IMG/VR virus record: IMGVR_UViG_3300017707_001954
Span: 1 to 42,041 of that record
Origin: a virus
Taxonomy: Duplodnaviria; Caudoviricetes
DNA: 42,041 nucleotides
Strand: one strand, 5' to 3'
Position numbers and translations under genes: made by a program. The notes below the pieces were generated by a model that was not told the DNA's origin, ran no database searches, and worked only from the letters and a program-made list of their open reading frames with translations. Positions 1 through 9,807 of the stretch are shown one piece after another (the first letter of the stretch is position 1; each line of letters begins with the position of its first letter).

Positions 1-1
1 C

Positions 2-82
2 GAACTGCACCCCCCGCGCCCCGCCCGCGAAATCGAACGAATCCCCCAGCCAGTCAACAAAACCACTCCCGCTGCACCATGA
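2..82 (+). CDS. Probable C-terminal end (ELHPPRPAREIERIPQPVNKTTPAAP*) of the ORF starting at 41495, across the circular junction
   Basis: Open frame from base 2 to TGA 80-82, which overlaps the ATG of 79..288 (ATGA coupling). It joins 41495..42041 in frame if 3n+1 bases (e.g. one base) are missing at the junction. Confidence 0.55.
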   Translation, partial: ELHPPRPAREIERIPQPVNKTTPAAP

Positions 83-288
83 GCCGCCCGAAAAAGCACC
101 CAAACGCCCGCAAGATGAATGTCACACTCAGCATCACGCCCATGCTGCTCACCATCGCCAAACTCGAAGCCTACAAAGAAGGCGTCAGCCTGTCCGAGAA
201 AGTCGAGCGCTTACTGGCCTTTTCCCTGGCACACAGCGACTCCCTGAAAATGCTAGGCTACACCCCATCGCTCCCGCCCCGTCAATAA
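79..288 (+). CDS. Small ribbon-helix-helix-like DNA-binding protein
   Basis: MSRPKK...KMNVTLSI strand followed by two helices (AKLEAYKEGVSLSEKVERLL), the RHH pattern. Confidence 0.6.
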   Translation: MSRPKKHPNARKMNVTLSITPMLLTIAKLEAYKEGVSLSEKVERLLAFSLAHSDSLKMLGYTPSLPPRQ

Positions 289-314
289 CGTCAACTAGGT
301 CAATCCCGTTAAAC

Positions 315-342
315 AAGCCGCCGGAGTGTCCAGCGGCTTTTT
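315..342 (+). terminator. Intrinsic terminator between the convergent RHH gene and integrase
   Basis: AAGCCGC-CGGA-GTG-TCCA-GCGGCTT hairpin followed by a T run, just after stop 288. Confidence 0.65.
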
Positions 343-440
343 CATGTTCACCCCTCCTCAAACCTGCGCAGGATCTCCGCATCACTCAGCGGCTCCAGCG
401 TCGCCCCATAGGTAGAGCGCACCAGCCCCTCATCCGCTCT

Positions 441-1862
441 CTATCGCCTTACCGCAGGCACCAACCGGTCTTCTCTCGAATACCGTTTGGCCATTGCCTC
501 GTCCACATGACCAAGGCCCACGGATACTGCCGCCACACCACCGAACCGCCGCAGAGCCTGAGCCTTACGGTGCCGCAGCAGATACGCCACTTGCGTGCCC
601 TGAACACCGCACTCCCGCAGCCACTCATTTAAACGTCGGTTGTGCAAATCCTTCATCTCCGTTGGATGCACGCAGCCAAACAAAGACGCATCCCTTCTCA
701 TCTCCACCAGCAATCTAACTGTTTCCGTTGAAACAGGTGTCACCACCTCATGCCCACCCTTCACCGCCGGAATGCACAACAGCGCCCCAAATTCTCCCAG
801 TTCCTCCACCGGCACACGCCACTCAGCCGCCATCTGCGCCCGCGCTGAAGCCAGCCCCACCGCATCCAGCAGCCGCAAGGCCTCACCACCGAGCGCGCGC
901 AGAGTGCCAGGCCGCACACCCGTCTCCTCACACACCCGGAAGAAAGCATAAAGCTGCTCATCCTCCACCCTCAAAGCAGGCAACCGCCGTTCAATCTCCG
1001 CCATCACCTCGGGCGGAATACTCTTGTGCCCCTTCGGCTTTGGCAGTTTAAACTTCGCACCCAAAAAGTCCCCCAGATCCGGCACACGCAACCCCTCCAG
1101 AATACGGTCCCGTGCATCCTCGCCAAAGATCGTATTCACATTCGTAAAGTAGCTGGTGATAGTCGTATTCCATTCTGCCACCGTCCGCAGATCCAGCGCT
1201 GGCAGTTCGCCCGCCGCTTTTAGCGCCCGAAGCTCCTCCCACGCACCCGCAGGAGCCTTCTTCCCAGCACCCAGTCCCAGCCATCCGCGACGCCCCGCCT
1301 CCTGGCGCATCTCCGCCCAATCCTTCTTCAGCCTTTTGGTCAGATCACTCCAGCCAAACGAGTCTAGCGAAAGCCCACGCGCCTGCCCAAGAATCACCCC
1401 GAGCGAATTGACCCGCGCCCGAGCATCTGCCGGTCCACGCTTCACATACAAAGCCAGCACCTCCTGCGGGGACGACCAAGTTTTCGGTGCCCGCATCTCC
1501 TCCAGTCGCGCAATCTCCCCACGTTGCAGCAGCACCGTCTGAGTCTCCAGCCAGCTCTCCGCCCACCCCGTCACCCGCTGCTGACACTCACAGCGCGGCC
1601 GAGTTACCACCGGATTCTCCACCTCCGCCATGCACCGATCACAAATTCGATACCGCACCAGCTTCGTCCCAGCCGTCACCGACCTCTGCGCCTGCCCTGG
1701 CATGGAAAACACCACCACCCAATTACGCTGATACTCCGGCACATTCGGGTCCTCCCACCCCTTCCGCACCACCTGCCCAGTCACTGGATGCACCCAAGCC
1801 TCCTTTGGCTGAAGCTGACGTTTGAGAGAGAAGGAACCAATGTAAGTGCCGCGTGATTTCAT
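441..1862 (-). CDS. int: Prophage tyrosine integrase (divergent)
   Basis: Catalytic motifs ETGVRPG (R), KGG (K), YLLRH (H-x-x-R equivalent), LGH and RY. Its start lies next to the tRNA-derived att core. Confidence 0.8.
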   Translation of the reverse strand: MKSRGTYIGSFSLKRQLQPKEAWVHPVTGQVVRKGWEDPNVPEYQRNWVVVFSMPGQAQRSVTAGTKLVRYRICDRCMAEVENPVVTRPRCECQQRVTGWAESWLETQTVLLQRGEIARLEEMRAPKTWSSPQEVLALYVKRGPADARARVNSLGVILGQARGLSLDSFGWSDLTKRLKKDWAEMRQEAGRRGWLGLGAGKKAPAGAWEELRALKAAGELPALDLRTVAEWNTTITSYFTNVNTIFGEDARDRILEGLRVPDLGDFLGAKFKLPKPKGHKSIPPEVMAEIERRLPALRVEDEQLYAFFRVCEETGVRPGTLRALGGEALRLLDAVGLASARAQMAAEWRVPVEELGEFGALLCIPAVKGGHEVVTPVSTETVRLLVEMRRDASLFGCVHPTEMKDLHNRRLNEWLRECGVQGTQVAYLLRHRKAQALRRFGGVAAVSVGLGHVDEAMAKRYSREDRLVPAVRR

Positions 1863-1864
1863 AA

Positions 1865-2160
1865 ACTACCATCATCACTACCTAAAACCTCGTCAGAATC
1901 AATCAGAATCCGTCAGAATTAAAATGCCACAAAATGCCCACGCACAAAAGACTTAAACACACCACCCATGCGCAGCAAACCCTTGTATTTGCGAGCCCGC
2001 AGCGCACACCGCCTTGATTCTCAAAGCCTCACCACCTTGGTTACCCCTCAAGGACTCGAACCTTGAACAACAGAGTCAGAAGCCTGTGCTTTGGGAAATG
2101 TGTCCCTGATAAATCAAGGGATGCAGGAGAAAATGCAACTCACTACCTGCTAGCACTACT
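1865..2160. promoter_or_regulatory. attP region with putative arm-type and accessory-factor repeats
   Basis: Paired ACTACY direct repeats on both sides of the core (1865-1883, 2141-2160). Three tandem 10-mers NNTCAGAATY at 1891-1920. AAAATGCC twice at 1921-1938. Inverted repeat CCCTGATAAATCAAGGG near 2104-2120. Confidence 0.55.
2038..2080 (-). other. att core: 3' half of tRNA-Gln(CUG), anticodon loop to CCA; not a full tRNA
   Basis: Minus strand reads TCTGACTCTGTTGTTCAAGGTTCGAGTCCTTGAGGGGTAACCA: CTG anticodon, T-arm CAAGG-TTCGAGT-CCTTG, CCA end. No matching D-arm or 5' acceptor strand upstream. Confidence 0.85.
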
Positions 2161-2461
2161 TGCCGGATTGCAGGGCAGCGCGGGCGGCTTCATAGAGCTC
2201 GCCGCCCATTTCTTGGCAGGGCATCCAGACGTTCACAAAGCCGGCACCGCCGGGCAGGGGCACTTGCTGCATCTGCCAGGTCTGGCCGGTGTAGGTGTCC
2301 AGCCGAATGAAGGTGGGCACGGGGCCGCCACCGTGATCCATCACGCCACTCACGATCTGAAAGCGTGGCTTGTCACTGTCCGGCTCGGGAGGCAGGCCGG
2401 GGTTGGCAAAGGTGGCAGTGATGGCACATAGGCAGGCCGTGAGAAGCAGGAGAGATTTCAT
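2156..2461 (-). CDS. Small exported protein (moron-like), last gene of the late operon
   Basis: Signal-peptide-like N-terminus MKSLLLLTACLCAITATFA. Start could alternatively be 2497. Confidence 0.6.
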   Translation of the reverse strand: MKSLLLLTACLCAITATFANPGLPPEPDSDKPRFQIVSGVMDHGGGPVPTFIRLDTYTGQTWQMQQVPLPGGAGFVNVWMPCQEMGGELYEAARAALQSGK

Positions 2462-2493
2462 AGGCTGGCACTTTACCACGGCTGTCAATGTCA

Positions 2494-5400
2494 TCACTTC
2501 ACCACCTTGGCCACAGCCTGCCGCTTGATAGCATCCGCTTTGCGGTTGATCACCCGTTGCACCGCCAGTCCGTCATGATTGCTCAATAGCTCGGCGGATT
2601 CAGGGCTGCTTAGCCAGGCTCGGTAGCCATCGCCCACAGCTTTCTGGTAGCGCCATTCAGTATCAGCACCCAGGGCTTCAATCGTTGTCCAGCCCTCTGC
2701 CCTCCATACCTTGCGGTTCGTCTCAGGTGACGGCAGGTTGAATCCGCGCCCAAGTAATTCCGCCATCCGCGCCTGCGCCGCCCCGCTTTCCGCATCGGTG
2801 TAGGCACGGCTCCACGGCTTGCGGTCCTGCTCGATGGGCAGGCCGAGGATATTGATCTCAGGCCGGCCACCGGCCACACGCTGCCGCAGCACCGGCACGT
2901 TGCGCAAGAACTCCTCCATCACCGTGGCAGGCTTGTAGCGGCGAGGGTCTGCCAGCGCATCCAGATCCTTCAGCAGTGTCGGGATAAAGCCACCCGCGAA
3001 GTTGATTGGCACCTTGCTCATCTTCTCAACAAAGGCCTCTTCTGGGTTTGTGCCAAACTTGCTCGCGCCCAGCAGATCCGCCAGACCACGCATCGCGCTC
3101 ACGTCCTTCACCTGGAAGGCACCCACCGAGGCAGCCGCCAGCAGATGCCCGGCAAGACCTTCCTGCGCCCACTTCTGCGGGCGGAAACGCTGCCGGTCCT
3201 GCATGTGTGCCACACCTGCCAGCAGGCCAGCCGTGGGCCATTGCTTGTAGCTCACGCGCTGCACCTTGTCAGCCGTGCGCTTCCAGAAGGTCAGCGGCTC
3301 AAAGCCTGCCGCCCGACGTTGCTTAATCTCTTCCGGCGTCAGGTCCGTCCATGGCCCTTCCAGGTGCCATCCCTCTTCTTCGTCATCCTTGCCGAGAAAC
3401 ATCGCCGCCACCGTCAGCCCGGCCATGAGGCCAAAGACATTCTTGCCCATGAGGAGCTGCCGCTGGCTGGCCGTCGCCTCCTTGCCCAGCACTGCCCGCG
3501 AAGCCAGCACCGTGCCCGGCACATAGCCCAGCATGTCATTGCCAAAGTTCGCCCCAAAGCGGATAAACTTCGCGCCCATCATCGAGCGCATCGCGCCGGA
3601 GAGGAACAGCATCAGACTGCGTGCATACTGACCCGCCGGTCCATCCGCGCCCTTCTCATCGGCATAGGCTTGCAGGCCACGCTCCAGCGAGCCCAGCCCC
3701 TGATTCACCGCCCGATAGATTGCGCCGAAGACACCCGTGGGGTCATTCTGATACGCTGCCTGATCTCCCATGAAATTGGCTTCCTTCAGTTCCTCGGGCC
3801 GCAGTTGCCCGTTCAGAATCTCCCGAGTCCGCGCCGCCACGGTCGCACGCTCCTGTGCCGTCGTAGGCATTGCCCCGCCGGTCACTTCACGCCGAGCCTG
3901 GGCCGCTGCTGCATCACGTTCTGCCTGGCTCGCCGCCACGGTCTTGTAGAGTTCAGGATGCAGCGCCCGTGCCACCACCTTCGCCCCTGCCGTCGTGGCC
4001 GAGTTGTTCAGGTGATCCGCCGCTGCCATCAGTCGGCCCGTCCAGATCATCACTGGGGCAAAGCCATACTTCTCCATCGCATTGCCATCACGCCACAGAG
4101 CTTCACCCAGAGGCACCGGGCGGAAGGTCGTCTCACCTTCCAGTGCCTTCTTCAGGTCATCGTTGAAGCGCTTCAGGTAGCTGTAATCCCCCTTTGCCAG
4201 AATCTGCATCGCCTCTGGGAAAGCCTGCTTTAAACCACGCCACCATTCCAGCATCGACACCACCGCCGCGGCTCGATTGCCGTTCTTGATTGCCAGCATC
4301 CCGCTTTGAATGAGCTGATTGCCAAAGCCGTTGGTCACCGACATGAAGGTATCGAACTGCGTCCGCATCCCGCTCAGCACCGCCGCCACCCAGTATTGAT
4401 TCAGCACCTCCGGCAGACCCGTGCCCGTGGATTTCTGGATGCCATCCAGCAGCTCAGCCAGCTTGCGACTCCGCAGCACGCCTTCAGGCATGGCATAGGC
4501 CTCCTCAGCCAGCTTGCGCAGAGACAAAGCCTGTCCCGTCGTGATTTGTTTCAGCCCATACTCGGGCGCCACAGTCTCCCGGAACATTTCCGAGTTCATC
4601 ATCCCCAGATTGATGAGCCGGATCAGCTTTGGCAGTGCTTTCACCACCTTCGCCTTGTCCGCCGCCGCCTTCTCACCGATGCCCACGCGCTCCAGCTCAC
4701 GCAGGAAAACCTTCCTCCGCTCCTGTTGCCAGGCCTTGTCGAGTTCATTGGTCAAAGCCAGCCGCTCATCCTTGGTCAGACCCTTCAGCCGTTCATCCAG
4801 CAAAAGCCGCCGATATATCTCACGTTGCCGTGCTTTTTGAGAGGCTGGCAGTTCCATAAAGATGTCTGCCCAGGTCATGTCTGGCGCGATCTTCTTCCGC
4901 AGATCATTCAGCATCTGCCGCAGCTTCTGCGAGCCCGTAGCCAGAATACCACGGCGCACATCACCCGCCTTGCGCTCCTCACGGAAGCGCACCATCGCCG
5001 CTTGGTCGATGCGTTCACGTTCAGCCGTGCGCCACAGCCGTGCAGCGATCTCCTCGCCTACGCGCAGTTTCGCCAGCCGATCACGGAAAGCCTCCCAGCC
5101 GATGTCATCTTTCACCTTGTCACGGAAGACCTTGTTGATGCTGTCACCGTCCGTGCTGCGGCTCAGATCCTTGCTGCCTTGGCGCAGACGTTCTTCCGTG
5201 CGGTAGATCAGACGGCTCGCCCGATTCTCCGCCACCTCGATCTGCCGCGCATCCTTCGTTGCCGCACGTTCAGCCTCGGCCATCAGGCGCAGAGTTTCAC
5301 GCGCCTCGATCTCCAGCCTTGACGCTTCCCAAAGCGTGCCCGCCAGCCCTTCCGGCACACCCAGCCCCACCATCTGTTGCACGAAGTCAGTCTCGGCCAT

Positions 5401-8400
5401 CGGAGCTTGCACATGCTTCCTATACAGAGCGCGCACAGGGTCCACCTTGCGAAGCCCATTGGCATCCATCAGCGGCGGATCGGCATACCTTTCAGAGAGT
5501 TGTTGCAAGATTCGATCAGCTGTGCGCTGGGCTTTGCTCAGCTTCTTCATAGCTGGTGCCATTTGCTTGCGCACCTGTTTCTTGGCATCCTTGAGCGCAG
5601 GCGTATCGCCATCCAGATCATCCGCCAGAGTGTCCCCAGCTTCATCACCCGCATCAGCCGCCGTGTCATTCACCTTGGCAGCCCCACCTTCAGCACCGCC
5701 TTCAAAGCGCTTATCCATCACCGCATCAGCGCGGTCGATCAGCATCCCCTCGGCGGCCAGGATCGGCGCATACGGCGTCAGTTCAGAACTCACCACCGAG
5801 CGCTGCCGCATATTCCGGCCCGCCTCCTGCGAGAGCCAGCCCTGCCACACCTTTGAGATCCGATGCCCCAGGCTGCGCGCCTGCATCTGCACCACCTCGC
5901 TGCCGGATTTCATCATCTCCGTTGTGCGCTGGATCAGCAGACCAGCCGCGTGCTGAGCCACGTCACCTGTCATACCTTCAGGCAAACGCCCGGACTCCAT
6001 CAGGGATACCGCTTCCGCCATCGGCAGGCTGTCGAGCCATGCTTCTGCGGATGCTTTAACATCGACATCTGCACGCACTTCATAAAGACGTTCCTGCTTT
6101 TCGGGTCGAGCAAAGCGTGATCGAGTTTCTTCCACACGATTCGGCCCAGTAACAAAACCTCCCTGCGCCAAACTCACTGGAGCATTCTTGGCAGCCGCAC
6201 CGAGCCGCACATTTTCAGCTGCGGTGGTCGGCAGTCGTTTAGTAGCGGCCTCCCAAAAATGCGCCAAGTAGTCGCGGATCTGCTCGCCAAAGCGCCGCAC
6301 CATCTCCGCACTCCACTGCACAAAGGTCTTGCCTGCTCGCAGCGCCGTGTTGGCGAGGTCAAAGAGGGCATCCACTCCGGCATCTGACATAAAGCCAGCC
6401 TCGAGATCACGGTCGATGACGAGATTCTTAAAGGTGGTGCGTTGCTCAAAAGCGGCATCCTTCTTCTCCTGGCTGCGCATCTTGTGCTCGGCTTTTCTGT
6501 CGGCCTTTTCCTGCTCTGCTAGGGCGGCGGGATTGGTGTCGAGCCTGGCCTGAATCACCCGCCGTTTCTGGATGGGTGTCAGTCCTTCCAGCTCGGCTTC
6601 GCGTCCGGTTTCGAGATAGCGGCCTGCTTTGGCATAGACCTCGGGCGTCCACTTGGCACGGGCGGTTTCGGGCAGTTCCTCGTTGAGACGTTGGAGCACA
6701 GCCACAGGCCCACCTTCAGCAGCAGCCGAAACGGCAGCTCCAGAACCCACATTGCCAGTCGGACGCGCATCCGGAGAGGTAGCACCTGAGTCAGTGGTGT
6801 AAACATCCCCCTGCTTTTGATACCCCGCAGGGATACCACGGCGCGGGATATTGCCACTGGCATCGAAACCAGCACCTTCGATCGGCACTTGCGCCCACTG
6901 CTCCAAAGCGGCTGCGTTGACAGGTCGCCCTTCTGCCACAGCCCGATCCACTGCCGCCATGCGCCCATCTTTAACACGCTGCGCATTGCGTCCGGTTCCT
7001 GCTTGTGCCGCACTGATGGCCGCTTCTGCCAACATTCCCTCACGCGGATCATTGGCTTCTCTTGCCGCCTCATAGCGTTGCCGGGCCGCTTGCACATCCA
7101 TGGCCACACCCAACTCCGCCGCTTGGGCCGGTGTCATCAGTTCCAGTGGCACAGGTTGGGCTGCCTCCGCCGCTGGCACAGGCTGGGACACAACTTGATC
7201 AATGAACCGTTCCGCGACGGTGAAAGCTCGCCCGCCTTGGGTTAGAGCGGGATACTTCCAGTTTTGTTCTTCGGCATTCCACACAGGCTCGCCCGTGATC
7301 TGAATAGCTCCCTCGCTGCGATACACGTCCGAAGCAATCTGGCTGCCCGGCGGCAAAGTGAATTTTGGAGCTGCGGCACCACGCGGCAGCTCGGCAGTGG
7401 GCACTGGCACAGGCTCGGACACGACTTGTCCAGACTCGGACACCGTTTGTCCTACCCCTGCCGGAGCACGGTCAGGCACGTTGCTCAGGATCGGTTGCCG
7501 CGACTGCGGCGCTAGAACTTGTAAGTCTGGCTTACCAGTTGCCGGTTCCAGATCCGCCACATCTGCCGCCGTCAAATCACCCAAATTCTCCGCCACGGGC
7601 GGGTCAGGCACAAACGTCCCTGCCGCGATGTCTCCCAGCGGGGTGATGGCCCTGCTATTGGAAGGCAGCACGGGCGCGGGGCGGGTAGGCGCGGGCGTAG
7701 ATCCAGCACCGGCAGCCAGTTGCAGCCCGGCGAACACGGTGCCACCGGCCGCACCGCCGAGAGCCTCCAGGGCGCGGCGTTGGGCAAAGCCCTGCATGTT
7801 TGGCAAAGGCTGGCCGGTGATAGTGAAGCCGGGTCGGTTGGGGTCTGCCACAAATTGACCTGCGGCAGCGGTGGCAGCCTCCTGCATGGTGCCTGCCAGC
7901 GGTTCTTCGATGGCTTCAGAAAGCACCGTTTTACCCGCCGCACGCAGGCCGGAGGTCAGAGCCTGAGAGGCACCGATACCGCCGAGCCGCTCGCTGAGCA
8001 TCTCGGCACCGGCAAAAGCCGCACCTGTGGCGAGCTGGCCGGCCGGGTTATCAATGCCCAAATCTCGGGCGGTCTGCACGCCTTCACCCGCACCTCGGAT
8101 GCCACCTGTCACCAGCGGCACCGTGGTCATGGCAGCACGGGTGCCTACCAGAGGCGCGGCTGCTCCCATGGTGGCCAGCATCCCCAAGCCCTGCTGAAGT
8201 CCGCTGCCGATGGTGCTGGCGATGGGATTCGTCGGGCTCACGGGGCGGAGTTCCTGCCCGGCTTCTTGGAGTCGATCCCCCACATCGGCCACGTCGGCGA
8301 AGAATCCGCCGCGCTCGGTGCCGGTCATCCGGGCCACGCCTTCAGCCGCTGCATCCAGCACCCGGCCACCGCTGGACATCAGCCCACCCACAAGGCCGGG

Positions 8401-8685
8401 GCCGACATTGCGCACCTGGTTCACCACCGTCATCGCGGGAGATTGGCGGGAAAGCTCGATGTCTGAGTCAGCGGGGCGATACCGCACGGCCATGGCCTGC
8501 GTGGTTTCATCAAAGGCCTTGCTCAGGGCTTCATCATCCCCGGCATTGGCCTTCAGCCAGTCGCGGGATTGAGCCAGTCCAGCGTCCACCATCTCTGCCC
8601 GCTGAAAGGCTGGCAGGGCGGCGAACTCGGGCGAATCGAAGACACTCGCCAGCTCATCCGGCGCGATCAGGTCAGGGGCAGCCAT
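2494..8685 (-). CDS. Large (2063 aa) internal virion/DNA-ejection protein
   Basis: Size, position after tail genes, Gly/Ala-rich hydrophobic N-terminal region and helical C-terminus are typical of podovirus ejection proteins. Confidence 0.65.
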   Translation of the reverse strand: MAAPDLIAPDELASVFDSPEFAALPAFQRAEMVDAGLAQSRDWLKANAGDDEALSKAFDETTQAMAVRYRPADSDIELSRQSPAMTVVNQVRNVGPGLVGGLMSSGGRVLDAAAEGVARMTGTERGGFFADVADVGDRLQEAGQELRPVSPTNPIASTIGSGLQQGLGMLATMGAAAPLVGTRAAMTTVPLVTGGIRGAGEGVQTARDLGIDNPAGQLATGAAFAGAEMLSERLGGIGASQALTSGLRAAGKTVLSEAIEEPLAGTMQEAATAAAGQFVADPNRPGFTITGQPLPNMQGFAQRRALEALGGAAGGTVFAGLQLAAGAGSTPAPTRPAPVLPSNSRAITPLGDIAAGTFVPDPPVAENLGDLTAADVADLEPATGKPDLQVLAPQSRQPILSNVPDRAPAGVGQTVSESGQVVSEPVPVPTAELPRGAAAPKFTLPPGSQIASDVYRSEGAIQITGEPVWNAEEQNWKYPALTQGGRAFTVAERFIDQVVSQPVPAAEAAQPVPLELMTPAQAAELGVAMDVQAARQRYEAAREANDPREGMLAEAAISAAQAGTGRNAQRVKDGRMAAVDRAVAEGRPVNAAALEQWAQVPIEGAGFDASGNIPRRGIPAGYQKQGDVYTTDSGATSPDARPTGNVGSGAAVSAAAEGGPVAVLQRLNEELPETARAKWTPEVYAKAGRYLETGREAELEGLTPIQKRRVIQARLDTNPAALAEQEKADRKAEHKMRSQEKKDAAFEQRTTFKNLVIDRDLEAGFMSDAGVDALFDLANTALRAGKTFVQWSAEMVRRFGEQIRDYLAHFWEAATKRLPTTAAENVRLGAAAKNAPVSLAQGGFVTGPNRVEETRSRFARPEKQERLYEVRADVDVKASAEAWLDSLPMAEAVSLMESGRLPEGMTGDVAQHAAGLLIQRTTEMMKSGSEVVQMQARSLGHRISKVWQGWLSQEAGRNMRQRSVVSSELTPYAPILAAEGMLIDRADAVMDKRFEGGAEGGAAKVNDTAADAGDEAGDTLADDLDGDTPALKDAKKQVRKQMAPAMKKLSKAQRTADRILQQLSERYADPPLMDANGLRKVDPVRALYRKHVQAPMAETDFVQQMVGLGVPEGLAGTLWEASRLEIEARETLRLMAEAERAATKDARQIEVAENRASRLIYRTEERLRQGSKDLSRSTDGDSINKVFRDKVKDDIGWEAFRDRLAKLRVGEEIAARLWRTAERERIDQAAMVRFREERKAGDVRRGILATGSQKLRQMLNDLRKKIAPDMTWADIFMELPASQKARQREIYRRLLLDERLKGLTKDERLALTNELDKAWQQERRKVFLRELERVGIGEKAAADKAKVVKALPKLIRLINLGMMNSEMFRETVAPEYGLKQITTGQALSLRKLAEEAYAMPEGVLRSRKLAELLDGIQKSTGTGLPEVLNQYWVAAVLSGMRTQFDTFMSVTNGFGNQLIQSGMLAIKNGNRAAAVVSMLEWWRGLKQAFPEAMQILAKGDYSYLKRFNDDLKKALEGETTFRPVPLGEALWRDGNAMEKYGFAPVMIWTGRLMAAADHLNNSATTAGAKVVARALHPELYKTVAASQAERDAAAAQARREVTGGAMPTTAQERATVAARTREILNGQLRPEELKEANFMGDQAAYQNDPTGVFGAIYRAVNQGLGSLERGLQAYADEKGADGPAGQYARSLMLFLSGAMRSMMGAKFIRFGANFGNDMLGYVPGTVLASRAVLGKEATASQRQLLMGKNVFGLMAGLTVAAMFLGKDDEEEGWHLEGPWTDLTPEEIKQRRAAGFEPLTFWKRTADKVQRVSYKQWPTAGLLAGVAHMQDRQRFRPQKWAQEGLAGHLLAAASVGAFQVKDVSAMRGLADLLGASKFGTNPEEAFVEKMSKVPINFAGGFIPTLLKDLDALADPRRYKPATVMEEFLRNVPVLRQRVAGGRPEINILGLPIEQDRKPWSRAYTDAESGAAQARMAELLGRGFNLPSPETNRKVWRAEGWTTIEALGADTEWRYQKAVGDGYRAWLSSPESAELLSNHDGLAVQRVINRKADAIKRQAVAKVVK

Positions 8686-8712
8686 GGGTAGGGAGAGGGG
8701 GAAAAGGTCAGA

Positions 8713-9786
8713 TCACAGAGCAGGCAGGCCGAGGCGCTTCCGCACCGCATTGATGCGGGCGGCAGGGTCCATGGTGGCAGCCACGGTGCCAGTCTGTTGG
8801 TTGTCCGGCACGCCGTCTTCGTTCGCGTCTTGGATGTAAACCTTGCGCGGCTTGCCCTGAGCATCGGGCTCATAGTAGTAGTCGCGCCCGGGATTGCCGT
8901 TTAGGTCGGCCTTGCCTTGATAAATCTTCGGCAGCTTCATCTCACCGGGAGCGCTGGCAGTCTTCATACCGGGCAGGTCCACCTGCGCATCCCCGACACG
9001 CATGGTTACGTTTCCACCCATGGCACGAGCGGCGGCGATGTCATCGGGCGTCATCTGCGGGGCGGCACGTTCAATCGGTAGGGTGCCCATGGCGCGGCCT
9101 CCGGCGAAGGGGATCACATAGCCCGTGCCCGGCACCTGCGTGGTCGTCACCTGCATGGCCTGCTCACGAGCGGTCTGCTCCTCGGTCTTCTTCATCTCCG
9201 TGGCAGCATCGGCAGCGCGGAAAGCATCCTGCTCGGCGAGGAAACTGGCATTGTTTTGGTCTGCCCAGAACGCATCATCGCGGCCCGGCATGATCGGGGC
9301 AGGCGCAGGGACGGCGGAGGTGGTGGCACCCGGCGTGCTGGCTGTGCCGAGCATCATCGGCGCAGGGGCCATCATGGTGCGGGCGGCAAAGTTTCGGTTG
9401 TTTCGACCTACCGCGTAGGCGTTCGGGCTGTTTGTGCCGACGCCTCGCGGGGCATAGCTCATGGGTCCTGCGCCGCCACGGGCAGAGAGCGGGCGCGGGT
9501 CCATGCCGCCGAGTGGGTTCACGTTGGCAGGAGCTGGGCGCAGAGCCGGTGCCAGCGGGGCAGGTGCGGGAGCACTGGCGGACACCATCGGCGCAGGCAT
9601 CCGCCCCAGAGCAGCCACACGATCAGAGGCCTGCGTGTTCAGAACGGGAGCCGCTGGACGCGCTTGGCGTGCCTGAGTCTCCACACCCTGAATGCTGGCA
9701 GGCAGACCCGTGCGCGGATTGGTGGGGAAGGCAGAGGCAAACGCACCCGGTTGGATGGCGGAGAAGGGCAGTTTCATGGCAGGCAT
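8713..9786 (-). CDS. Pro/Ala-rich putative ejection/internal virion protein
   Basis: 357 aa low-complexity ORF immediately upstream of the giant ejection protein. Confidence 0.5.
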   Translation of the reverse strand: MPAMKLPFSAIQPGAFASAFPTNPRTGLPASIQGVETQARQARPAAPVLNTQASDRVAALGRMPAPMVSASAPAPAPLAPALRPAPANVNPLGGMDPRPLSARGGAGPMSYAPRGVGTNSPNAYAVGRNNRNFAARTMMAPAPMMLGTASTPGATTSAVPAPAPIMPGRDDAFWADQNNASFLAEQDAFRAADAATEMKKTEEQTAREQAMQVTTTQVPGTGYVIPFAGGRAMGTLPIERAAPQMTPDDIAAARAMGGNVTMRVGDAQVDLPGMKTASAPGEMKLPKIYQGKADLNGNPGRDYYYEPDAQGKPRKVYIQDANEDGVPDNQQTGTVAATMDPAARINAVRKRLGLPAL

Positions 9787-9807
9787 GGCGGTCTGAAGGT
9801 AGCAGGT

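Noticed and set aside
2038-2110. Full-length phage tRNA-Gln gene
   Set aside because: Only the anticodon loop to CCA fits. The upstream sequence gives an 8 nt loop and no D-arm or acceptor 5' strand, so it is treated as an att core.
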